Shown in pieces: positions 56,345 to 64,000 of a stretch of DNA of 64,000 nt. This DNA is from an uncultured delta proteobacterium. Its GTDB lineage: Bacteria; Myxococcota; Myxococcia; Myxococcales; Myxococcaceae. The translations under genes and the position numbers were made by a program. The notes below the pieces were generated by a model. That model did no database searches and had not been told where the DNA came from. It saw only the letters and a list, made by a program, of their open reading frames with translations. Position 1 is the stretch's first letter, and each line of letters starts with the position of its first letter. The stretch lies in assembly GCA_963796055.1 (NCBI GenBank), contig CAWCKH010000004.1:2912001-2976000 (forward strand), in the 5' to 3' direction.

Positions 56345-57478
56345 ATGCGCGGATTCACCCACCGAGGGAAGAGGTCGTCACGCCCTCGTGGCCCGGCGCT
56401 CCTTCGGGCGTCGTTCCTGGTGCCGGCCTCGCTGGCGTTGCTGGTCGTCGTCGTGGCGGTGTCGCTTCACCCGCTCGCTCGGAGCAGGACCCGCGCGGCG
56501 CTCGACCGCCTCGAGGGCGCGCATGGGGAGTTCCTCGACGCCCGACTGTCGCTCTTCCCGCTCCGCTACACGGTGACCCACCTCAAGATCCGAAATCTAG
56601 AGACTCGAGTGCAGGAACCGTTCTTCTATGCCGAGAGCGTGGCGGTGGATCTCCGCTGGGCGAGCCTCTTCCGGGGCCGCCTCATCGGCAGCATCGACGC
56701 CCGCGGGGTGAAGATGGTCATCGAGCAACCGAAGCCAGGTGCGAAGCTCCGACTGCCCTCTCCGTCGGACCTCGTGCCCGTGGCCGCGGTCGTCGAGCGG
56801 CTCCAGCTGACGAAGGGGGAGGTGCTCTACGCCTGGGTGCGGGAGGAAAACCAGCCCACCCTCTGGTTTCACGAGATCGAAGCGACGCTCGAGAACCTCG
56901 GGTCGCGGCCCGGGCTCACCGAGGGGCCGCTGGTGCTCGCCGCGCGGGGCCAGTTCGCCAGACAGGGGACGATGCGGGTCACCGTCACCGCCCAGCCGTA
57001 CGCCACGCCGCTCGTCTTCGCCGGGGAAGCCGTCGCTGAGAACCTGGACCTCTCCCAGATGAACCCCTACATCGCGGCGACGAAGGGGGTAGAACTCACG
57101 CCGGGGGCGTTCTCGATGCGGATGAGCTTTGCCTCCAGGAACGGTCGGCTGACCGGAACCATCGATCCCCACCTCACCGGAACGAAGATCCAGTCCGCCG
57201 ACGAGGATCTCGGCAGCAAGCTGAAGGTACTCCTGGGCAAGATCAGCCTGAGCGTCTCCGGCCCGACGGAGGGGACAAGCTCCTCGGGCCGCATTGCGGT
57301 GAGCGACGACTTCCGTGACCCTTCGCTGCAGCTCGCGCCGGTGCTGGAGAAGACCATCGAGAACGGGTTCCTCCTCGGGATGCAGGAATGTCTCAAGCGG
57401 GCTTACTCCGGGCCGCCGGGGAAGCAGCCCGATCAGGCCAAGCCGGAGGCGACCCCGCTCAAGACCCAGCAGAAGTGA
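56345..57478 (+). CDS. DUF748-like (AsmA-related) membrane-anchored protein
   Basis: N-terminal TM then beta-rich region; LDLSQMNPY...NGRLTGTIDP pattern. Confidence 0.7.
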   Translation: MRGFTHRGKRSSRPRGPALLRASFLVPASLALLVVVVAVSLHPLARSRTRAALDRLEGAHGEFLDARLSLFPLRYTVTHLKIRNLETRVQEPFFYAESVAVDLRWASLFRGRLIGSIDARGVKMVIEQPKPGAKLRLPSPSDLVPVAAVVERLQLTKGEVLYAWVREENQPTLWFHEIEATLENLGSRPGLTEGPLVLAARGQFARQGTMRVTVTAQPYATPLVFAGEAVAENLDLSQMNPYIAATKGVELTPGAFSMRMSFASRNGRLTGTIDPHLTGTKIQSADEDLGSKLKVLLGKISLSVSGPTEGTSSSGRIAVSDDFRDPSLQLAPVLEKTIENGFLLGMQECLKRAYSGPPGKQPDQAKPEATPLKTQQK

Positions 57479-57563
57479 GGGGACGAGCCGGGCTCTCGAC
57501 TTGGGTTGTCTAGGCACGACGGTCCTGCGCTCCGCGCGGGCGGTGGGCTTCGCATGAGCCCAT

Positions 57564-58145
57564 CTAGTGGGTCGCATGCTGGCGGACGTATGTCAGCGTG
57601 AACTCCACGGGTCCGGGCAGTTTCGGGCTCTTCATGACGCGCGTCACGATCAGCGTCTTGCCGTCGGGCTGCAGCTTGAACTGCGTTGAACCGCTCCCAT
57701 CGTCCGTCCGGCCCTGTTGCAGAAGCGCGCCTCCGACGAAGTGCTGGCTGTTCTGGCTCTCGTCTCCATACTTGTTCGTGTGCTTCACTTCCGTGCCACT
57801 GGTCGGCGAAAACTCTGGTGGATAGCCGGGCGTATCGACGCTCACATCTCCCTTGCCGTCGAAGCTGATGGTGTAGGTCGGACGGATTTCCGACCGCTTC
57901 ATCAGTGCACTACGAGCGAACCCCGTGGCGATGCCCATCCCGTCCGTGGCTCTATCGACCGCCGCTTGAACGGCTGCGCGTTCTGCATCGGTTCCAGCGT
58001 ACACGTACGTTCCGGCATAGCGCTTCTCGAGACTGTGCGAGGGTGGCCGCGACGTTCCCTTCGCGGGGACGCTCGTCTCCACTGGAGTGGAGTGGGCGCA
58101 CCCCAACGCGGCGATGGAGAATGCCGTCCAAGCCCAATGTTTCAG
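57564..58145 (-). CDS. Hypothetical lipoprotein; start uncertain
   Basis: Lipobox ALGC; beta-rich C-terminus SPKLPGPVEFTLTY. Confidence 0.7.
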   Translation of the reverse strand: MKHWAWTAFSIAALGCAHSTPVETSVPAKGTSRPPSHSLEKRYAGTYVYAGTDAERAAVQAAVDRATDGMGIATGFARSALMKRSEIRPTYTISFDGKGDVSVDTPGYPPEFSPTSGTEVKHTNKYGDESQNSQHFVGGALLQQGRTDDGSGSTQFKLQPDGKTLIVTRVMKSPKLPGPVEFTLTYVRQHATH

Positions 58146-58405
58146 CGTCTTCGTTGGAGAATACCCAACCGTATCGGCGCGGCGGTCATCGCAGTGCAAT
58201 CCATGCGGTTCGAACCACGGGAAGCATTTCTCGGACCGCGGCCTCGATCCGAATTGAGCCAGGCCTTCTTCGCTCGGCCCGGGGGGAGGAGCGCAGATTC
58301 TGCGCCCAGAGTCAGTTCCCCAGCTGGGCGTCGAGCGTCTCGCCAGGCATCTCGCCCGAGCCGAGCCGGAGGTCCCCCGCGCCTGCAGGGGGTATCCTGC
58401 CGGCA

Positions 58406-59545
58406 ATGCGCCGTGCGGACCACGTCCTGCTGGTGCCCGGCTTCTTCGGGTTCGGGAGCTTCGGCCAGCCGGGCGGGCCGCGCATCGTCTACTTCGACCG
58501 CGTGATGAAGGCGCTCGTGTCCGCCCGGCGCGAGTTGCGCGGGCGGATCCACGTCCACGAGCCGCCGCCGATAGGGTCGCTCGAGGTGCGCGTCCGGAGC
58601 CTGCAGGACGCCCTGCTGCAGCTCCTCGGCGGCGCCCTCTTGCGCGGCGAGTCCCGCCGCGGCCACCCGCGCATCCACATCATCGGTCACTCCACGGGCG
58701 GGCTCGACGCGCGCCTGCTCCTGAACCTGCGCTACCACTTCAAGGGCGAGGACCCCGCGCTGCGCGAGCGGCTCGCCGAGCGCGTCGGCACGGTGGTGAC
58801 CCTCTCGGCCCCCCATCACGGCACGCCCATCGCGGGCAGCTTGGTGCACGGGCTCTCCCACCTCGTGCTCGAAGGGATGTCGCTCGCGACCATCCTGGCC
58901 GCCGCGGGGCAGCTCCGGAGACGGTTGGGGCTCCCGGGCTTGAGCTTCCTCGTGACCCTCATCGAGGCAGTCGCGCCCAGGCGCAACGTGAACCTTCCCG
59001 CCATGGCGCTGCTCGCTGGCATGGACGAGGAGACGGCGCGCCAGATCTCCCGCTTCCGCGGGATGGTCATGTCCGACACGCGGCTCCTGCACGACCTCGC
59101 ACCGGAGCGAATGGCGCAGCTGAACGCGCGCATCGGCGAAGGTGACCTGGAGCGGCTCGTCCAGATCGTGACCGTCGCGCCGCGTCCGACGCTCTGGGGC
59201 GGCCTCCACGGGCTGGACCGCCGGGCGGCGTACGCGCTCTGCTACGCCGCCACCGCCAGCGAGGCGTTCCGGCCGGACCGCTTCCCCGACGGACCCTGGA
59301 TCGCAGCGCGCCCGCCCGGCACCGAGCGCGCAGCGGTGGAAGACGCTCCCCGGGCCAACGACGGGATCGTACCGGCGTCGTCGCAGACGCTCACCAGCAG
59401 CGCCGAGCGGCTCGTCCTCGCCGACCACCTCGACGTGATCGGGCATTTCGAGTGGCGCTGGAACACGACCATCTTCAAGTCGGGCGCGGGGTTCGCCCGG
59501 CGCGAGTTCATGGCGCTCTGGCGGTTCGTCGCCGAGGCGCTTTGA
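58406..59545 (+). CDS. Alpha/beta-hydrolase, triacylglycerol lipase-like
   Basis: LVPGFFGF, IIGHSTGG (GxSxG), PHHGTP, NDGIVP, DHLDVIGH. Confidence 0.9.
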   Translation: MRRADHVLLVPGFFGFGSFGQPGGPRIVYFDRVMKALVSARRELRGRIHVHEPPPIGSLEVRVRSLQDALLQLLGGALLRGESRRGHPRIHIIGHSTGGLDARLLLNLRYHFKGEDPALRERLAERVGTVVTLSAPHHGTPIAGSLVHGLSHLVLEGMSLATILAAAGQLRRRLGLPGLSFLVTLIEAVAPRRNVNLPAMALLAGMDEETARQISRFRGMVMSDTRLLHDLAPERMAQLNARIGEGDLERLVQIVTVAPRPTLWGGLHGLDRRAAYALCYAATASEAFRPDRFPDGPWIAARPPGTERAAVEDAPRANDGIVPASSQTLTSSAERLVLADHLDVIGHFEWRWNTTIFKSGAGFARREFMALWRFVAEAL

Positions 59546-59660
59546 ATAGGAACCCGGGTCGGAGGGAGCGCACGCCGCCCGGCGAGTCGAGTTTCATTGC
59601 GGCAAGGGCCCGTCCCTGGTCTGAATGTCCCCCGGGACCGTCACTGAGGAGCGAGGGGCG

Positions 59661-61025
59661 ATGGCTCGGGTCTGGAGGCGGGGCGTGGTCCTCCTGGGCT
59701 GCATGGCCGGACTCCAGTCCGCGCGGGCGCAGCAATTCGTGCTTCCGCAGACGCTGGCTGTGAGCAACCGCGACCGGATCTTCCCCGGCCTCTACGAGTT
59801 CAGCGAAGCGGGCGCGGTGGTAGCCCGGGTTCGGGATGCTTCCGCCACCTGGTACAACCCTGCCGGCCTCGCGCTGTCCGAGCGGACCACGTTCAACGTC
59901 AGCTCTGCCGCGTACCAGCTCACCAAGCTGGGGAGCGACAACGCGCCCGCCGAGTTCACGCGGACGGCCAGCTTCCAGCCCATCCCCAGCGCTCTGGGCG
60001 TTGCCTTCGGAAGGGAGGTCCTCGAGTGGCACGGGATGCGCCTGGGACTGGGGATCTACAACCAGGCCAACTGGGACGCCGCGGTGCGTATCGAGAGCAA
60101 CCCCAGCCCGGACACCCGCGTGAGCTACGTGATGAAGTCCTTGTTTCGCTCGACCGTCTTCACTGCCGGAGGCGGGTGGGCGCTCGATCCCCGCTACCGC
60201 TTCGGCGCCGCGCTGCTCTTCGACTACACCGAGACCGGTGACATCGGGCAGACCTCGGGGGACACCCAGGACGGAACCGCGCTGCAGACGGTGATCCAGT
60301 CGCTGGATTTCAGCGGGAACACACTCCACCTCATGGCCACGCTCGGTGCCCAGGCCGAGCCCTTGCCCTGGCTGTCGCTGGGACTGGTGCTCCAGACCCC
60401 GGGAATTGCCCTGCTCCGCGGAGGCTCGGTTCGCTACGAGGCCCAGACCTCCACGCTCCAGACCCACCAGCTGGCCCTGCTCGACGACAGCAACTCCGAG
60501 TTCGACCTCCGCAAGACCTTCAAGGCCACCCTGGGCATCGGAGTGCGGTTCTGGAAGATCGAGCTGGAGGGAGACATCCGCTGGTACCCGGCCAGCGCGA
60601 CGTACACCCTGCTCGCCACCTCGGTGCCGATCCAAATCAGCACCCAGCTGCCCGGGCAAGCGCCGGTGGTGACCGAGCAGCAGTTCGCGTCGATTTCCTT
60701 TGCCACCCGCAAGGTGTGGAGCGGCAGCGTCGGGCTCCGGCTCCGGCTCAGCGACCTGGTCACGTTCCACGGCGGGTTCTACGTCGACCCCTCTCCGGTG
60801 AGCACCGCAGTCAACGGTCTCTTCCAGAAGGCGGATTTCGCAGGGTTCCGGGGCGGAGTCTCCTTCACCGCCCGGCAAGGGGTCTCCGGGTCGATCAGCT
60901 TGGGCTACGAGCGGGGAACGGCCGATACCACCGTCGGCGTGGGGGGGCTGGCGGTGACTCCGCTGCCCGTGGAGGTTTCGTTCACCACCTTCAACCTGAG
61001 CTTTGCGATCGGCTACAAGTTCTGA
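59661..61025 (+). CDS. FadL/OmpP1/TodX-like outer-membrane transporter
   Basis: Signal peptide; GAVVARVRDASATWYNPAGL motif; C-terminal IGYKF. Confidence 0.82.
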   Translation: MARVWRRGVVLLGCMAGLQSARAQQFVLPQTLAVSNRDRIFPGLYEFSEAGAVVARVRDASATWYNPAGLALSERTTFNVSSAAYQLTKLGSDNAPAEFTRTASFQPIPSALGVAFGREVLEWHGMRLGLGIYNQANWDAAVRIESNPSPDTRVSYVMKSLFRSTVFTAGGGWALDPRYRFGAALLFDYTETGDIGQTSGDTQDGTALQTVIQSLDFSGNTLHLMATLGAQAEPLPWLSLGLVLQTPGIALLRGGSVRYEAQTSTLQTHQLALLDDSNSEFDLRKTFKATLGIGVRFWKIELEGDIRWYPASATYTLLATSVPIQISTQLPGQAPVVTEQQFASISFATRKVWSGSVGLRLRLSDLVTFHGGFYVDPSPVSTAVNGLFQKADFAGFRGGVSFTARQGVSGSISLGYERGTADTTVGVGGLAVTPLPVEVSFTTFNLSFAIGYKF

Positions 61026-61031
61026 GGGCGT

Positions 61032-61125
61032 GCGCCGCCTGCCCCCGCAGCGTGGGCAGGCGAGGACGTCGGTGCGGAACGTCCGCCCGAGGAGCTCGGC
61101 CCGGGGGACGGGGCGCCGAGGTCGG
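61032..61125 (-). mobile_element. Short remnant of an IS91-family (Y2) transposase
   Basis: VPRAELLGRTFRTDVLACPRCGGRRR, close to the consensus-like WAxLLxRxFxxDxLxCPxCGG. Confidence 0.7.
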
Positions 61126-61221
61126 CGGGGACGATGCCCGACCTGTCCTTCGCACCGGTGTCGCGCATGATGTTGCTGCCATTCGTTGAAGCAACCCTCG
61201 GCTGAGTTGCGCGGGTGGCGA

Positions 61222-62898
61222 CTACGAACGCTCCTCCCGGTGTGGGGGTCCGGCGAGCGGGCGCTTTCCGCCGACCACACCGTAAGCCTTGAGCTTCCGG
61301 TACAAGGTGGCCGACCCAATGTGGAGCTGGCTGGCGGTGTGGGTCTGGTTCCCGCCGTTCAGCTTCAGCGCGGCGAGGATGTACTCCTTCTCGACGTCCG
61401 CCAGGGCCCGCACCGCTCCCTCGCTGACCGTGGGTCTGGGGATGGCCCGTCGGACCTCCTCCGGCAGGTCCTCCGCCTCCACCCTGCTCCCCGGCGCCAG
61501 CGCCACGGCTCGCTCCATGGCGTTCTCCAGCTCGCGAACGTTTCCCGGCCAGTCGTACCGGAGGAGCTGGTCGGCTGCGCCCATCGCCAGTCCGGAGACC
61601 TTCCGCTTCATCCTCAGTGCGGCGTCCGCCAGCAGGACCCGGGCCAGGGGCAGGACATCATCCCGGCGCTCACGGAGCGGTGGCACGTGGAGCTCGACGA
61701 CCTTCAGCCGGTAGTAGAGGTCCTGCCGAAAGTTGCCTCCGGCGACCCCGCTGGCCAGGTCGCGGTTGGTGGCCGCCAGGACCCGCACGTCGACCCGTCG
61801 GTTCTTGTTCTCCCCGACTCGACGGATCTCCCTCTCCTGAAGGACGCGCAGGAGCTTGACCTGCATCCCCGGCGAGACCTCCCCCACCTCGTCCAGGAGC
61901 AGGGTGCCGCTGCTGGCCGCCTCGAAGAGACCTGGACGGTCGGCCGTCGCTCCGGTGAAGGCGCCGCGGGCGTGACCGAAGAGCTCTGATTCGAGGAGCG
62001 TCTCGGCGATTGCCCCGCAGTTGACCGCGATGAACGGACCGAGCGCTCGGGTGGACTCGTCGTGGACCAGCTGGGCGATCCGCTCCTTCCCCGACCCGCT
62101 CTCGCCGGTGATCAGCACCGTGGAGTCGACCCTGGCAACCCTGCGCGCCAGGTCCACCACCTGTTGCATCATCCGGCTCCGGGCGACGATGCCCAGCGGC
62201 TCGACGTCGTCGCGGGCCACCCGGACCAGCGCCCGTCGGCGCTCGCGGAGCTTCCGCTCAGCCGCCTTGAGTGTTTCGGTGACGCGATGGAGCGAGACGT
62301 CGAGGCACTCCTTCAGCCGCTTGGGCTCGAAGAAGTGCAGCTCGTCGGCTCGCGCCTCGCCCCACTCCTCCCGGGTCCGGCCGAAGAGGTGACAGGCAGC
62401 GTCGCCCTTTCCCACGCAACGATTCTCGAGCACCGAGATCACCCTTCCGCTGCTCCGGCTGAGGTATCCGCTGGTCAGCCCACCGATGGTCCAGCACACC
62501 GGAACGTCCAATCGACCGAAGTGTAGGAGGTGCTGCTCGGCCTCGTAGGAGGCGTCGAGCATCACTCCGTCGTCGGAGAGGGGTCCGGTACTTCCTGGTC
62601 CCAGCCGAAAGAGTCCTTCCAGGGAGGCGATGTGTGTGCCGGCGCGGAGCCAATCCTCTTCGGACTCCCATTTGAACTCTGAATGCATGGCTTCGGCCAT
62701 CCGCCAGCCGTGGGCGAAGCCGAACTGGGTGAGCACGGTGCGCGCGGCGGTCAGGCCGAAGTTCTCGACCAGGTACTTGCGGAGGAGTCCCATTGCCACC
62801 GCGTCGAGGAGCAGCGCCCGCTGACCGGCGAAGCGGATAACTCCTCCTTCCGGATCCAGCTCGAGCAACTCCCTGTGGTGGAGCTCGTCGGCACGCAT
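61222..62898 (-). CDS. Sigma54-dependent activator with XylR-N/V4R sensor domain
   Basis: [61 protein letters not shown]-terminal HTH. Confidence 0.94.
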   Translation of the reverse strand: MRADELHHRELLELDPEGGVIRFAGQRALLLDAVAMGLLRKYLVENFGLTAARTVLTQFGFAHGWRMAEAMHSEFKWESEEDWLRAGTHIASLEGLFRLGPGSTGPLSDDGVMLDASYEAEQHLLHFGRLDVPVCWTIGGLTSGYLSRSSGRVISVLENRCVGKGDAACHLFGRTREEWGEARADELHFFEPKRLKECLDVSLHRVTETLKAAERKLRERRRALVRVARDDVEPLGIVARSRMMQQVVDLARRVARVDSTVLITGESGSGKERIAQLVHDESTRALGPFIAVNCGAIAETLLESELFGHARGAFTGATADRPGLFEAASSGTLLLDEVGEVSPGMQVKLLRVLQEREIRRVGENKNRRVDVRVLAATNRDLASGVAGGNFRQDLYYRLKVVELHVPPLRERRDDVLPLARVLLADAALRMKRKVSGLAMGAADQLLRYDWPGNVRELENAMERAVALAPGSRVEAEDLPEEVRRAIPRPTVSEGAVRALADVEKEYILAALKLNGGNQTHTASQLHIGSATLYRKLKAYGVVGGKRPLAGPPHREERS

Positions 62899-63009
62899 CA
62901 GTCGCCCCTCTCCATCGAAATGAGCGACCGGTACGTCAGAACGATGGGGAAGGCCAGGACGCTCCGCACCTCCAGCTTCAAGTGTGCGCCGTTGCTCATC
63001 GGCGTCGCC

Positions 63010-63025
63010 TGGCCCGGAAGGTGCT
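63010..63025 (+). promoter_or_regulatory. Putative sigma54 -24/-12 promoter
   Basis: TGGCCCGGAAGGTGCT, divergent from the sigma54 activator gene. Confidence 0.6.
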
Positions 63026-63112
63026 CTCCAGTGTGGTGCACCACCCTCGGGGCCTCAGGGCGCTGGAGATGGCCGCGCATCCTGCGCGTCCTTCGGTGCG
63101 CGAAAGGCAACC

Positions 63113-63643
63113 GTGCTCTGGACAATTGCAGGCGTCCTCGCTGCCTTGTGGCTCCTGGGGATAGTCACCTCGTACACGATGGGGGGACTAATCTACCTCC
63201 TCCTGGTCATGGCGGCGGTGGTCGTCCTCCTCCGGTTCATGTCCCGGCGCGGCCCTTTCCTGGCCTCCCCTTCCCTCACCCGAGGTACTACCAGCCAGAC
63301 GACATTCCTACTGTCTCTGGCCGCGCTCGTCCTCGGAGCGGGTGCCTCGTCACCAATCAACAGCGAGAAGCTGGCCAGCTCCGAATTGAGCGTGCGCGGG
63401 GCGGAGGAGGTCGGCGCCTCGGGCGTTCCTGCGGCCAAGCTCCACCTGCAGCTGGCCCGTGACGAGAGCACCGAAGCAAAGAAGCTCGCTGCTGGCGGGG
63501 ACCCACGGTCCGAGGCGCTCTTCGCCCGGTCCGAAGCCGACGCCGAGCTGGCGCTCGGGCTCGCCCGGGAGGCCACCATGCACAACGAGGCGCTGAAGGC
63601 CACAGAGGACCTGAACGCCGTCAAGTCAAAGGGAGCTCCGTGA
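63113..63643 (+). CDS. In-frame fusion of an lmo0937-family peptide and a DUF4398-like protein (likely decaying)
   Basis: VLWTIAGVLAALWLLGIV...GGLIYLLL, read through into AKLHLQLARDE...RSEADAELAL. Confidence 0.72.
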   Translation: MLWTIAGVLAALWLLGIVTSYTMGGLIYLLLVMAAVVVLLRFMSRRGPFLASPSLTRGTTSQTTFLLSLAALVLGAGASSPINSEKLASSELSVRGAEEVGASGVPAAKLHLQLARDESTEAKKLAAGGDPRSEALFARSEADAELALGLAREATMHNEALKATEDLNAVKSKGAP

Positions 63644-64000
63644 GAGCGATGAAGGACCTGGCCACGGTCGCGACGGTCAAGGAGGGGACCCGCGGAGTGG
63701 TCGTCTCCCTCTCTGGGAGCGGCCTCTTCGCCTCGGGGCAGTACGCACTCCTGAACACCGCCATGGCCAGGCTCGATCAGGTGGCCAGCGCGCTGATTGC
63801 ACAGGACGCCGACAAGCGATCGGTGGTCGAAGGGCACACCGACAGCCGGGGTTCGGATGCCATCAACCAGCCGCTGTCGGTCAACCGGGCGAACGCGGTG
63901 CGCGACTACCTGGTCGCCCGCGGAGTGGACCCGGCGAAGATCAGCGCCATCGGTCTGGGTTCGAGCCGGCCGATCGTGGACAACAACACCTCCGAGAACC
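63640..64000 (+). CDS. OmpA-like peptidoglycan-binding protein, lacking an N-terminal export region; runs off the window end
   Basis: VEGHTDSRG...NQPLSVNRANAVRDYL...GLGSSRPI; GTGA coupling. Confidence 0.88.
   Translation, partial: MRAMKDLATVATVKEGTRGVVVSLSGSGLFASGQYALLNTAMARLDQVASALIAQDADKRSVVEGHTDSRGSDAINQPLSVNRANAVRDYLVARGVDPAKISAIGLGSSRPIVDNNTSEN

Noticed and set aside
1..64000. tRNA, rRNA, prophage or intact transposase genes
   Set aside because: None recognised by eye; tRNAscan-SE/Infernal would be needed to exclude small RNAs

Overview
High-GC bacterial DNA, probably a myxobacterium (inferred from D-A-G-repeat lipoproteins and the myxobacterial-style lipase and lipoproteins). No rRNA, tRNA or CRISPR array is visible. 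Main blocks: (1) 0-9 kb: molybdopterin oxidoreductase, RHH regulator, lipoprotein, DoxX, two tandem micro-ORFs, sodC, rpiA and an orphan anti-sigma factor. (2) 9-14.6 kb: an ECF sigma factor, a zinc-binding membrane anti-sigma factor and an exported, membrane-anchored TPR-CHAT caspase-like protease, with a divergent outer-membrane protein/lipoprotein pair. This is the best candidate for an undescribed signalling system. (3) 14.6-21.3 kb: a mosaic of small accessory genes separated by degenerate repeats. (4) 21.4-30 kb: cyclic beta-1,2-glucan synthase. (5) 31.8-48.9 kb: an aryl-polyene/flexirubin-like type II FAS/PKS cluster with a tyrosine ammonia-lyase, CoA ligase, two KS/CLF pairs and a flavin halogenase-like enzyme. 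(6) 49-64 kb: general-stress genes (LEA-like, CheB/CheR hybrid kinase, YtxH, CsbD, DUF748, lmo0937, DUF4398/OmpA), a lipase with a FadL-like porin, a XylR-type sigma54 activator and several gene remnants. All family calls come from motif recognition by eye, not from database searches. Start codons were picked manually.
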